Made by a program: the position numbers and the translations under genes. The notes under the pieces are model-generated. The model had not been told where the DNA came from, made no database searches, and saw nothing but the letters and a program-made list of their open reading frames with translations. From an uncultured virus (IMG/VR IMGVR_UViG_3300037042_007110) (Duplodnaviria; Heunggongvirae; Uroviricota; Caudoviricetes), in the IMG/VR virus record IMGVR_UViG_3300037042_007110, positions 57,157 through 77,156 of that record: a stretch of 20,000 nucleotides of DNA; one strand, written 5' to 3'. Positions 8,028-15,633 of this stretch are shown piece after piece (positions within the stretch are counted from its first letter, which is position 1; every line of letters begins with the position of its first letter).

Positions 8028-8801
8028 ATGGGCATTCCGAACGTCAAGGACTGGAAGTGCCTCCCCGGCAACTGGGACCCGCTCCACGCGACGTCCTTGT
8101 ATCGGAGCGCGAACAGGTTCGGCCTCCCAGATGTCGCCGGCCCGGTCGATTGGGTGCCGGACGTGCTGCTTCCGTGGGTGAACCGGAACAAGCTCGACGA
8201 CGACGAAGTGGCTGGCGGCTGTTGGCACTTCTTCTTCGACGACTACCGATTCGAGTCGGTCTGGAACAATCCCGGGAGGTACGACCGCTACGTCCTTGGC
8301 GCGCAGGGCGTGCTGACGCCGGACTTCAGCATGTACGTCGAGTGGCCGCCCGCGCTTCAGCTCTGGAACACCTACCGCTCGCGGTGGCTCGGCGCCTATT
8401 GGGCTGCTCGCGGGGCGGTCGTGGTGCCCACGGTCAACTGGGGCGACTGGCGTACGTTCGACTTCTGCTTTGCCGGGATCGCGCGACGTTCGACGGTCTG
8501 CGTTTCGACGGTAGGTATCAGGGTCGGGGAGGATGTGCGACGTCGGTTCTGCGAGGGGTACCGGGCGATGGTCGACACGATTCAGCCATCCATGGTCCTC
8601 GTGTACGGGGAGCTCTGGGATGACCTCGGCGTGGCAGACCTTTCGTCATTCGCTCGCTTCTCGCCCAAGGGTATACTCGAGATGCGTTCGCGGCTGGAAC
8701 GTGGTCCCGTGGACACGCGGCAGTTGAGCCTCTTGGACGGCCTGTTCGATGACGAGGCAGACGCGGAGCCGGTCGACGCAATAACGGGGACAGGAGGCTG
8801 A
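8028..8801 (+). CDS. DUF4417 domain-containing protein
   Basis: Motifs WHFFFDDYRFESVW, LTPDFSMY, QLWNTYRSRWLG, VVPTVNWG, FCFAGI, VSTVG, VLVYG; start placed at ATG 8028 after GAAGG and the CAAT box (ATG 8001 is an alternative). Confidence 0.85.
   Translation: MGIPNVKDWKCLPGNWDPLHATSLYRSANRFGLPDVAGPVDWVPDVLLPWVNRNKLDDDEVAGGCWHFFFDDYRFESVWNNPGRYDRYVLGAQGVLTPDFSMYVEWPPALQLWNTYRSRWLGAYWAARGAVVVPTVNWGDWRTFDFCFAGIARRSTVCVSTVGIRVGEDVRRRFCEGYRAMVDTIQPSMVLVYGELWDDLGVADLSSFARFSPKGILEMRSRLERGPVDTRQLSLLDGLFDDEADAEPVDAITGTGG
8776..8786 (+). promoter_or_regulatory. CAAT-box element, copy 5 (inside the DUF4417 3' end)
   Basis: ACGCAATAACG, using a rare ATA codon; AGGAGG follows; ATG 8804 is 25 nt downstream. 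Confidence 0.5.
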
Positions 8802-8803
8802 CC

Positions 8804-9148
8804 ATGGGCGGACGTGGTGGAGGAGGCGGTGGTGGTGGTGGTGGTGGAGCTGCCGCGGGTGGGGGTGGAGCTGCCGCGGCTGCCCCGCCGGCTGCCCCGG
8901 CTCTCCCGACCCCGCATTCTCTGAACAACGCTACCCTTGTCCGCGAGTACGACAACCTTGAAAGGCGGATCGAACAACGTGTGTCGACCGCGGAGGAGCG
9001 TGCTCGGTTCATCGAACTGCGTCGGGAGGCCAACGCGCGGTCCAACCTGGGCGTCAACGGGCTTCGGCCCGCGATCCCGCAACGTACTGGCGGTGGCGGT
9101 CCGCCAACGCGGCGTCAGCCGGCTCCGCGACCCCGCGGACAGCGGTAG
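8804..9148 (+). CDS. MGGRG-poly-Gly leader protein 1 (114 aa)
   Basis: AGGAGG RBS; MGGRGGGGGGGGGGGAAAGGGGAAAAA then unique helical body. Confidence 0.85.
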   Translation: MGGRGGGGGGGGGGGAAAGGGGAAAAAPPAAPALPTPHSLNNATLVREYDNLERRIEQRVSTAEERARFIELRREANARSNLGVNGLRPAIPQRTGGGGPPTRRQPAPRPRGQR

Positions 9149-9157
9149 GAGGTCAAG

Positions 9158-9553
9158 ATGGGAGGACGAGGTGGCAGTGGCGGCGGCGGTGGCGGACGCG
9201 GCGGTGGCGGCGGAGGCGGGGCGGCGGCCGAACCGCAGGCGAGTGCGGAGATCTCCGGGCCGGTCGGCCGATGGCTGCAGACAGCTGTGACGACGGACGA
9301 AGGCGCGCAGTTCCGCGATCTTCGGGTGACCCCGGCCGCGGGCGGTCTCTTTCGGGTGGACGGGCCCGTGAGCCAGCTTCGGTCGGCTTCGGACGTGATG
9401 GACTGGTACGGCGGAAACCCAGGGGATCGCGGTCCCAGCTTCCGCTTCCCTCGGGGAACGAACTCAAGGTCCATGTACGCCGCGTCGGGTCGTCTCATCG
9501 GGGGCATCCGTGAGGCAGAGGGCGGTCGGCGCGAAGGACCAGGGCGGAGGTGA
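9158..9553 (+). CDS. MGGRG-poly-Gly leader protein 2 (131 aa)
   Basis: TAGGAGG RBS overlapping previous stop; MGGRGGSGGGGGGRGGGGGGGAAA. Confidence 0.85.
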   Translation: MGGRGGSGGGGGGRGGGGGGGAAAEPQASAEISGPVGRWLQTAVTTDEGAQFRDLRVTPAAGGLFRVDGPVSQLRSASDVMDWYGGNPGDRGPSFRFPRGTNSRSMYAASGRLIGGIREAEGGRREGPGRR

Positions 9554-9558
9554 TTCAC

Positions 9559-9921
9559 ATGGGCGGACGTGGTGGTGGCGGTGGCGGTCGAGGCGGCGGC
9601 GGAGCAGCCGGCGGCGGTGGGGGTGGTGCCGCGGGCGGCGGCGGGGCAGCCGAGGTTCCGCCCGCTGTCGCGTCGGCTGGGCGAGCCATGTCCGGGGCCA
9701 TCGCGGCGATGGACCGGATGGACCGCATGACGCCCTTCTCCGGGTGGTACAAGGGCGACCACGGCGAAGCTCGCCGCGACCTCATCCGAGCGACGCGGAC
9801 CTACCTCGACTCGAATCCGCCGCCAGAGCTCGCGGCGCACGCCCGGAACTTCATGTACGGAGTTCGGCGCAACAACCGTGACCTGGACCCGCAGCTCCGC
9901 GACGCGCTGCGGAGCTACTAG
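9559..9921 (+). CDS. MGGRG-poly-Gly leader protein 3 (120 aa)
   Basis: GGAGGTGA RBS; true start is ATG 9559 rather than GTG 9550. Confidence 0.85.
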   Translation: MGGRGGGGGGRGGGGAAGGGGGGAAGGGGAAEVPPAVASAGRAMSGAIAAMDRMDRMTPFSGWYKGDHGEARRDLIRATRTYLDSNPPPELAAHARNFMYGVRRNNRDLDPQLRDALRSY

Positions 9922-9930
9922 GAGGCGACG

Positions 9931-10329
9931 ATGGGCGGACGTGGTGGTGGCGGCGGTGGCCGGGGAGGCGGAGGCGGCGGTGGGGCTGCTGCAGGAGGCG
10001 GCGGTGGCGGCGGAGCAGCCGCGGTGCTCGCCGAGGCAGCGGCGTCAACGGACCCGGCTGGGGACTTCTCGCCAGCCCGGCTGCAGACGCTCTCGGACCC
10101 GGAGCTGCGCGCGCTCGGTGAGGGCATCAGCACGCGGGGTGTCTGGGGCGATTGGCGTTCGGCTACGTGGCAGGGCGTCGGGATGAACGCGACCGACGCG
10201 ATGAACCGCCGAGGGACGCTCCCGTCGGGGCTCACGGTGAACGAGCTGCGCCAGCTCCCGTCCGGCGTCAGACCGAGCGAGGAGCGGATCAGGCAGGCCG
10301 GGTTGCGCCCCGGTGAGCGGACCCCGTAG
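9931..10329 (+). CDS. MGGRG-poly-Gly leader protein 4 (132 aa)
   Basis: TAGGAGG RBS; same leader, unique body. Confidence 0.85.
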   Translation: MGGRGGGGGGRGGGGGGGAAAGGGGGGGAAAVLAEAAASTDPAGDFSPARLQTLSDPELRALGEGISTRGVWGDWRSATWQGVGMNATDAMNRRGTLPSGLTVNELRQLPSGVRPSEERIRQAGLRPGERTP

Positions 10330-10350
10330 CGGGCGAGCAGGAGGTAAGTC

Positions 10351-10860
10351 ATGGGCGGTCGAGGCGGAGGAGGCGGCGGTCGCGGCGGTGGTGGAGCTGG
10401 CGGTGCCGCGGCCGGCGGTGGCGGCGGAGCAGCCGCGGCCGAGACGGCGACGGTGGTCGAGGCCTCCGGGCTCATCCCCGGCGGGGCTCCACGGCTCGCG
10501 GACGTGCAGCGGAATGTCGCGGCTGCGAATGCGGAGACGCCGCAACAGCGCCAGCGCCGAGCCGAGCGGGCTCTGGTCGACGCCATCAGCGTCGTCCCCG
10601 GGCTGCGCGACCAAGGGCTCCAGGTGAACCGCGACGTGAACACCGGGCGGATCGAGCTCAATTCGGTCGGCCGAGGGAGCAGGACGCGTCCGCTCACCGA
10701 CCGAGAGCAACAGGCCATCGGAGAGATGCTGACCCGACAGGGCATGTCCGGAGCGACAGTCGATCCGGTCACCCGTCCGCGGCCAAATCGACAGCGTCGA
10801 GGTGAAACGCAACTGGCGCGGGTCTACCTGCCCGACACGAGCAGAACAGTCGCGCGGTAG
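10351..10860 (+). CDS. MGGRG-poly-Gly leader protein 5 (169 aa)
   Basis: AGGAGGT RBS; same leader, unique body. Confidence 0.85.
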   Translation: MGGRGGGGGGRGGGGAGGAAAGGGGGAAAAETATVVEASGLIPGGAPRLADVQRNVAAANAETPQQRQRRAERALVDAISVVPGLRDQGLQVNRDVNTGRIELNSVGRGSRTRPLTDREQQAIGEMLTRQGMSGATVDPVTRPRPNRQRRGETQLARVYLPDTSRTVAR

Positions 10861-10869
10861 GAGGTCAAG

Positions 10870-11373
10870 ATGGGAGGACGTGGTGGTGGTGGTGGTGGAG
10901 GCGGCGGCGGTGGTGGTGCCGCGGGTGGTGGCGGGGCAGCCGGCGGCGGTGCCGCGACGGAGACGGCGGCAACGGCGGCAACGGAAACGGTCGTCTCGGG
11001 TGGGCTCCCGGCCGGGCGGTACCCGGGCAACTTGAACCGCAACGACGTCGAAGCCGCAGGCAACGTCATCAGCGTCGGGCAGACCAACGACATCGTCGTC
11101 CGCCAGGTGACAATCGACCGCGGGCAGAACATCCGCGGCGAGCCCGTCTTCGATGTCGCGACGTCCTCGCGCTGGGGACAAGGCGCCAGGGAATTTGGGG
11201 CGCCGAACCGGACGGCAGCGACGACACAGCGGAGCCAGCACGCGACCCTGGAGGCTGCTCAACGGGAGGCAACGCGGTCTGCGGCTGAGTCCGCTCGGCG
11301 GCTCTCCGAGGAGCGGCGGCAGCGTCGGCCATCGTTGCCGACTACTGGCACACGGCCAGGTGGACGGAGGTAG
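10870..11373 (+). CDS. MGGRG-poly-Gly leader protein 6 (167 aa)
   Basis: TAGGAGGT RBS; same leader, unique body. Confidence 0.85.
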   Translation: MGGRGGGGGGGGGGGGAAGGGGAAGGGAATETAATAATETVVSGGLPAGRYPGNLNRNDVEAAGNVISVGQTNDIVVRQVTIDRGQNIRGEPVFDVATSSRWGQGAREFGAPNRTAATTQRSQHATLEAAQREATRSAAESARRLSEERRQRRPSLPTTGTRPGGRR

Positions 11374-11376
11374 GTC

Positions 11377-11871
11377 ATGGGCGGACGTGGAGGCGGTGGC
11401 GGCGGTGGCGGCGGTGGCGGGGCAGCCGGCGGAGCAGCGGCCGGTGGCGGTGGCGAAGCGGCCGGCGGGCTCCCGACAGAGGTGACTCCGCTGACCGGAC
11501 GCATGATCGCCGAGGACGTGATCGAGCGGGTTTCGGCAGCGCCACCGACCGGGACGCGCGCCGAGGACTTCTACAATAACGGCGGTGCCGTGTTCGTGGG
11601 GAACGAGCGCGTGCGCTCACCCTACATGGCGATGGTCCAGACGCGGCGGTCGAACACCGACGAGGTCACGGTCACGGAAGGAGTGCCAGCATTCCGTAAC
11701 CAGGACGGGACGTACTCTCGCCCAGGCGGGCTGTCTACCATACCCGCGCCACGCGCGTTCAGTGGCCCGACCGCCGTGGCCGACGCGCAGGCCCACGTCG
11801 CTGCTCGCACCCGATTCCACGGCGAGCGCCTTGCCCGGGAGCGTGCGCGTCTCGCTCGTGCCGGCCGCTGA
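11377..11871 (+). CDS. MGGRG-poly-Gly leader protein 7 (164 aa)
   Basis: GGAGGT RBS; same leader, unique body. Confidence 0.85.
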   Translation: MGGRGGGGGGGGGGGAAGGAAAGGGGEAAGGLPTEVTPLTGRMIAEDVIERVSAAPPTGTRAEDFYNNGGAVFVGNERVRSPYMAMVQTRRSNTDEVTVTEGVPAFRNQDGTYSRPGGLSTIPAPRAFSGPTAVADAQAHVAARTRFHGERLARERARLARAGR

Positions 11872-11874
11872 CCG

Positions 11875-11885
11875 GCTCAATGACC
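11875..11885 (+). promoter_or_regulatory. CAAT-box element, copy 6
   Basis: GCTCAATGACC immediately after the array; GGGAG then ATG 11905. Confidence 0.6.
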
Positions 11886-11904
11886 GGGGCGGGAGTAACG
11901 AAAC

Positions 11905-12342
11905 ATGGGAGCCTGCTTGGCGTGCTCTGGAGAGATGGGCAAGGTGGACACCTGCGTCAAGAACGTGTCCGTCGTGTTCCCGGACGGGGAGTCCCTTCCG
12001 ACGGTGCCCTACCGCCCGGCCGGGCGTCACTGCTGTCATGACTGCGGGGTGCGCCCCGGCGGTCGGCACCATCCTGGCTGCGACATGGAGCGGTGCCCGC
12101 GGTGTGGAGGCCAGCTCCTCTCGTGTGGGTGCTTGGACGTCTCCTACGAGGCCTGGCTCGCCGAACACGAGGCAAATGCCTGGCTCCGCACAGCACTCCG
12201 TGAGTGCGCCAAGCAGATTCGGTCCCTGGCAGGACAGATGCTCGATCGCGCTGACCACGTCGAAGCGTTCTGTTCGGTGGCCGGCGAGATGGAGGCGGAT
12301 GCCGACCGGCCGACCGACCCGCTGGAATTGGAAGACCAATGA
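11905..12342 (+). CDS. Cys/His-rich metal-binding protein with C-terminal coiled coil
   Basis: CLAC...[37 protein letters not shown]-coupled to the radical SAM gene. Confidence 0.75.
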   Translation: MGACLACSGEMGKVDTCVKNVSVVFPDGESLPTVPYRPAGRHCCHDCGVRPGGRHHPGCDMERCPRCGGQLLSCGCLDVSYEAWLAEHEANAWLRTALRECAKQIRSLAGQMLDRADHVEAFCSVAGEMEADADRPTDPLELEDQ

Positions 12343-13436
12343 CCGAGCCCCGGGTGAAGCGGAGGTACGTTCGCGACAAGTGGCGGCAGCCGCCGCCGCC
12401 ACACGCGCCTGCAGACGCCATCGCTGCTGACCCGGCGGCTGCTCTGGTCCAGCGTCCCTGGTCCGTCCAGATCGAGCTGACCGAAGGGTGTACCCGGCTC
12501 TGTTCCTTCTGCGGACTGAACGCAATCCGCACGAAGCCTGGCGGCTTCAAGCCGATGACGCTCGACACGGCGCTGCTCGTGGCTGAACAGGCAGCCGCCC
12601 TTGCCCCGTGGGCGCGGTACGAGTTCGCGATGCACGGTGAACCACTTGCCAACCGACAGGCGGTCGAGGTGGTGGCGACCTTCAGGGCGCTGCTCCCGAA
12701 GGCGCAGCTCCAGATGACCACGAACGGCCAGCTTCTCCGGGGCCGGATGCGAGAGAAGATCGTCGGGCTGTTCGACGCCGGACTCGACTACGTCATCATC
12801 GACACCTACCGTGAGGACAGGGACGACCTCCGCGCCGAAGCAGCAACGCTTGGCGTCGGCATCACCGTACGCGACTTCTACGCTGACCTCGCCCCCAGCG
12901 GGTGGTCGCCGTGGGGGAACCACAGGCGCTTCGCCCGCCGGCTCGTCGTGCTCATGGACGACCTGGGACTTCGCGACCGGGAGCGGGCCAGCCGCAAGGT
13001 GCTCAACCACGCCGGGGCGAGCCCGGCTCGCCCCGTTCCAGAAGCTCCGCTCCGGAAGAACTGCTCGAACCCCTTCCGCGAGCTCGCCGTCACCTGGAAC
13101 GGCGAGGTGCGGCTCTGCTGCATCGACTGGCGCGGCGATTACGTCTGCGGCGTGGCTGATCGGGACGAAACGCTGACGGATATCTGGTGGGGCTGGCGGT
13201 TCATGGCTGCTCGGCGCCTGCTCGCGTCGAAGGATCGTCGGTTCGCGCCGTGTGGTTGGTGCGACAAGGACGCCGGCACGCGCGCCTTCCTCCTTCCGAA
13301 GATGCCGAAGCCTTACCCGGACGACGCAGAAGTCGCGGTGCGCGCAACGGCCGGCGGGCCGGTCGGAGCAGCCTGGCCGCGACTCTGCCACCCGCCCGCC
13401 TACTGGCGCGACCCGCCCGGCGGTGGCGTAGACTAG
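12339..13436 (+). CDS. radical SAM protein with C-terminal SPASM/twitch domain
   Basis: [16 protein letters not shown] (CxxxCxxC), [30 protein letters not shown]...PCGWCD auxiliary cluster motif. Confidence 0.92.
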   Translation: MTEPRVKRRYVRDKWRQPPPPHAPADAIAADPAAALVQRPWSVQIELTEGCTRLCSFCGLNAIRTKPGGFKPMTLDTALLVAEQAAALAPWARYEFAMHGEPLANRQAVEVVATFRALLPKAQLQMTTNGQLLRGRMREKIVGLFDAGLDYVIIDTYREDRDDLRAEAATLGVGITVRDFYADLAPSGWSPWGNHRRFARRLVVLMDDLGLRDRERASRKVLNHAGASPARPVPEAPLRKNCSNPFRELAVTWNGEVRLCCIDWRGDYVCGVADRDETLTDIWWGWRFMAARRLLASKDRRFAPCGWCDKDAGTRAFLLPKMPKPYPDDAEVAVRATAGGPVGAAWPRLCHPPAYWRDPPGGGVD

Positions 13437-13454
13437 AACCCTCGGAGGTACGCC

Positions 13455-14144
13455 ATGCGCTGGAAGTGGATCGTATCCGTCGCCGCCTTCGCGGCCATCG
13501 CCGTGACCGCCGTCGTGCTGCTCGTGTGGTTCGTTCCGCGGCACACCGAGCCGCTCCTGCTTCGTGTGTGCTGGAGCGGAACGGTCGCGCAGTACGCCGA
13601 CCAGGTTGAAGGCTCGGGCGCCGTCGGCGTCTGTGCGTCGCCGGAAGAGGTCCGTTGGGGCAGGAGCGCCTTCCCGCTGTGCCTTGGGGTCCGCAACGAG
13701 AGCGCGGAGCTGACGTCGGCGGACATGCGTCGTGCCGAGTATGCGGTCCGCGAGGTCAACATGCAGCTCGGCTTCGACGCCCTGGCCTTCTGTCCGGTCA
13801 GCGCCGAACCGCGCGTTGCCCTGGTCTTCGGTGTTCCTGCGGAGGCGGCGGACGCCGACGCCGGCTGCTTCCACACCCGCGAGGTCGGAAGCGGCTTCGT
13901 GGCCAGGGCCACTGTCCGGATGCGGAACGTCCCCGACGACGGGACGGCACACCGGGTTCTGGTCCACGAGCTCGGGCATGTACTTGGGCTTGCCCACGAC
14001 CCCGACGACAGCGGGTCGGTGATGTATCCGCTCGCCCCGGACATGGCGTTCCAGGGCGGGCTCGCGCCCGGGCGGTTCCGGGACGCTGACGCGCGGTTGC
14101 TCCGTGACCTGTACGACAGGACACAGGACGCGCCGGCGCAATGA
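13455..14144 (+). CDS. matrixin-like (metzincin, M10-type) zinc metalloprotease, N-terminal membrane anchor or signal
   Basis: HELGHVLGLAH (HExxHxxGxxH) plus Met-turn SVMYP; hydrophobic residues 5-27; GGAGG RBS. Confidence 0.88.
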   Translation: MRWKWIVSVAAFAAIAVTAVVLLVWFVPRHTEPLLLRVCWSGTVAQYADQVEGSGAVGVCASPEEVRWGRSAFPLCLGVRNESAELTSADMRRAEYAVREVNMQLGFDALAFCPVSAEPRVALVFGVPAEAADADAGCFHTREVGSGFVARATVRMRNVPDDGTAHRVLVHELGHVLGLAHDPDDSGSVMYPLAPDMAFQGGLAPGRFRDADARLLRDLYDRTQDAPAQ

Positions 14145-14146
14145 CC
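14136..14146 (+). promoter_or_regulatory. CAAT-box element, copy 7
   Basis: GCGCAATGACC over the protease stop codon; GGAGG 14152-14156, ATG 14163. Confidence 0.55.
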
Positions 14147-14162
14147 GGGGCGGAGGACCTCG

Positions 14163-14279
14163 ATGCTGACACCCCGACCCTTCGACCTCATGCTGGACGT
14201 GGTCGCCCCGTTGATCGGCGCGTTGGTCGGCGTGTCAATCGCCTCTACCGTCTTCGGTTGCCTGGGGTGGCTGCCGTGA
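14163..14279 (+). CDS. small single-TM membrane protein (38 aa)
   Basis: MLTPRPFDLMLDVVAPLIGALVGVSIASTVFGCLGWLP; GGAGG RBS; GTGA overlap with next gene. Confidence 0.6.
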   Translation: MLTPRPFDLMLDVVAPLIGALVGVSIASTVFGCLGWLP

Positions 14280-14530
14280 GCGCACCTGACGACGCGCCGC
14301 TGGAGTGGGACGCCTTCGTGACTCGGGCGCTCATCTGCGTTGGGCTGCTGGAAGGGACGAAGCGCGCTGCGCTCGACACCGTCGAGGTCGGCGGGCGCCA
14401 CGGGAACCGCCCGGCTTGCGGGCTGGGCGCGCTCACCGCTGCTCGTGACCGGCTTGCCGAGACGACCAGGATGCTGAACTGGCTCCACGCCGACGTCGTC
14501 AAGGCGCTTGCCGATTGTGGGTCGGCGTGA
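14276..14530 (+). CDS. hypothetical protein
   Basis: GTG start overlapping upstream stop; (M)SAPDDAPLEWDAFVTRALIC... Confidence 0.6.
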   Translation: MSAPDDAPLEWDAFVTRALICVGLLEGTKRAALDTVEVGGRHGNRPACGLGALTAARDRLAETTRMLNWLHADVVKALADCGSA

Positions 14531-14544
14531 CCAGGGAGGTCAGG

Positions 14545-14754
14545 ATGGACACGGTTCGCTACTGCTCGGACTGCGGAACGTCGGACCAAGAGACGGCTCT
14601 GTCTCCGTCCCTGTTCGGGAGCGACCCGGTCTGTGGCCGCTGCGAGTTGCTGCGGAACGACCAGCGCCACCGGGCTCCGCGGGTTCGCCCTGCCCTTGCT
14701 GCGCGTCGCCAGGTGGAACCTGTTCCGGCGTGGCTTCGCCGCTGGCGTCCGTGA
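14545..14754 (+). CDS. small zinc-finger protein
   Basis: GGGAGG RBS; CSDC...CGRC. Confidence 0.65.
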   Translation: MDTVRYCSDCGTSDQETALSPSLFGSDPVCGRCELLRNDQRHRAPRVRPALAARRQVEPVPAWLRRWRP

Positions 14755-14874
14755 CGCGGTAGACGCTTCCTCACTCCGCACGGCCTCCGGAAATCGTCCG
14801 GGGGATCTCCCCGCGTAGTCCTTCGTGACTCAAGCCGAATTGGGCGGGCGCTCTGATAATCGTCCCGGGATGTG

Positions 14875-14903
14875 TTGTGGGAAACCCGCGGGTTTCCTAT
14901 AAA
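14875..14903 (+). promoter_or_regulatory. sigma70-type promoter with palindromic operator in the spacer (copy A)
   Basis: TTGTGG-17 nt-TATAAA; GGAAACCC-gc-GGGTTTCC at 14880-14897. Confidence 0.75.
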
Positions 14904-14922
14904 GGGTGGTGGAGGTGACGGG

Positions 14923-15321
14923 ATGACGAGAGGCGGGACGAGGAAGGCGGGACAGGGCTCCAAGTGGATCAGGCGTTCGACCCGGTCGCGCATCTACGCT
15001 CGCGATGCCTACTGCTGCCAGTACTGCAGCGGCCATGTGACCCCGGGCGCGGGCGGCAACGCCACCCTGGATCACATCGTCCCCGTCGAGCTCGGCGGTA
15101 CCAACGACCCGTCGAACCTGGTCACCGCCTGTTTGTCCTGCAACAGCGCGAAGCAGGACCGGACCACCAGCGAGTTCGTCGCGCACCTGACCGCCCGCGG
15201 TGTCAACGCGGAGGGCGTGAAGAAGAGCGTAAGGAACGCGGGCCGCCGCCGGATGCCGAGCGCCGCGGCCGGGCTGGCGATGTGGAACACGACCCGGGCG
15301 GCTGTCGCCCTGGTGGCTTGA
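14923..15321 (+). CDS. HNH endonuclease
   Basis: IYARDAYCCQYC...TLDHIVPVELGGTNDPSNLVTACLSCNSAK; GGAGG RBS. Confidence 0.92.
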   Translation: MTRGGTRKAGQGSKWIRRSTRSRIYARDAYCCQYCSGHVTPGAGGNATLDHIVPVELGGTNDPSNLVTACLSCNSAKQDRTTSEFVAHLTARGVNAEGVKKSVRNAGRRRMPSAAAGLAMWNTTRAAVALVA

Positions 15322-15331
15322 GGAGGATGTG

Positions 15332-15613
15332 ATGAAGGCTTCAAGGATCAACGTCCAGCAGTACTCCTGGGGAACGCTTCTGGTCATCGAGGCGGGGCAC
15401 GCGGTGACGGTCATCGTCCACCCCGAGGCCTTCCGCGCGTTGGCCGACGCCCGCGACCGCGGTGTCGCCAGCTCGTTCTTGGAGGAGACGGGGCGCACCT
15501 GGAAGGTCGCCCAGAGCGACGACGGCGGGCTCGTGTTCGTGACCCGTGGCGTGTCGAAGGTCAGGTTGAACGCGCCGCAGGCGGCGGGGCTGCCGGTCGC
15601 TGTGAACGTGTGA
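15332..15613 (+). CDS. hypothetical protein
   Basis: GAGGAGG RBS; 93 aa. Confidence 0.7.
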   Translation: MKASRINVQQYSWGTLLVIEAGHAVTVIVHPEAFRALADARDRGVASSFLEETGRTWKVAQSDDGGLVFVTRGVSKVRLNAPQAAGLPVAVNV

Positions 15614-15633
15614 GACAGGCAAGGAGGCAGACC

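Larger units (their letters stand above)
9142..10880 (+). repeat. 27-nt exact direct repeat at two array junctions (9142-9168 and 10854-10880)
   Basis: GCGGTAGGAGGTCAAGATGGGAGGACG spans stop-RBS-start at junctions 1/2 and 5/6. Confidence 0.85.

Noticed and set aside
8804..11470. CRISPR array or DNA tandem repeat
   Set aside because: The repeats are in-frame, codon-variable coding leaders separated by 250-430 nt of coding sequence, not fixed repeats with short spacers; no cas genes seen.
8518..11504. Poly-proline minus-strand ORFs
   Set aside because: Antisense shadows of the poly-Gly leaders; no RBS, and they fully overlap well-supported plus-strand genes.
8804..11871. PE_PGRS, collagen or eukaryotic RGG RNA-binding proteins
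   Set aside because: No PE domain, no Gly-X-Y periodicity, and Gly-richness is limited to the first ~30 residues.
12144..14141. 665-aa minus-strand ORF, and similar long ORFs at 14830-16539, 2588-3787 and 19194-20000
   Set aside because: GC-rich shadow frames opposite genes with clear motifs or ribosome-binding sites.
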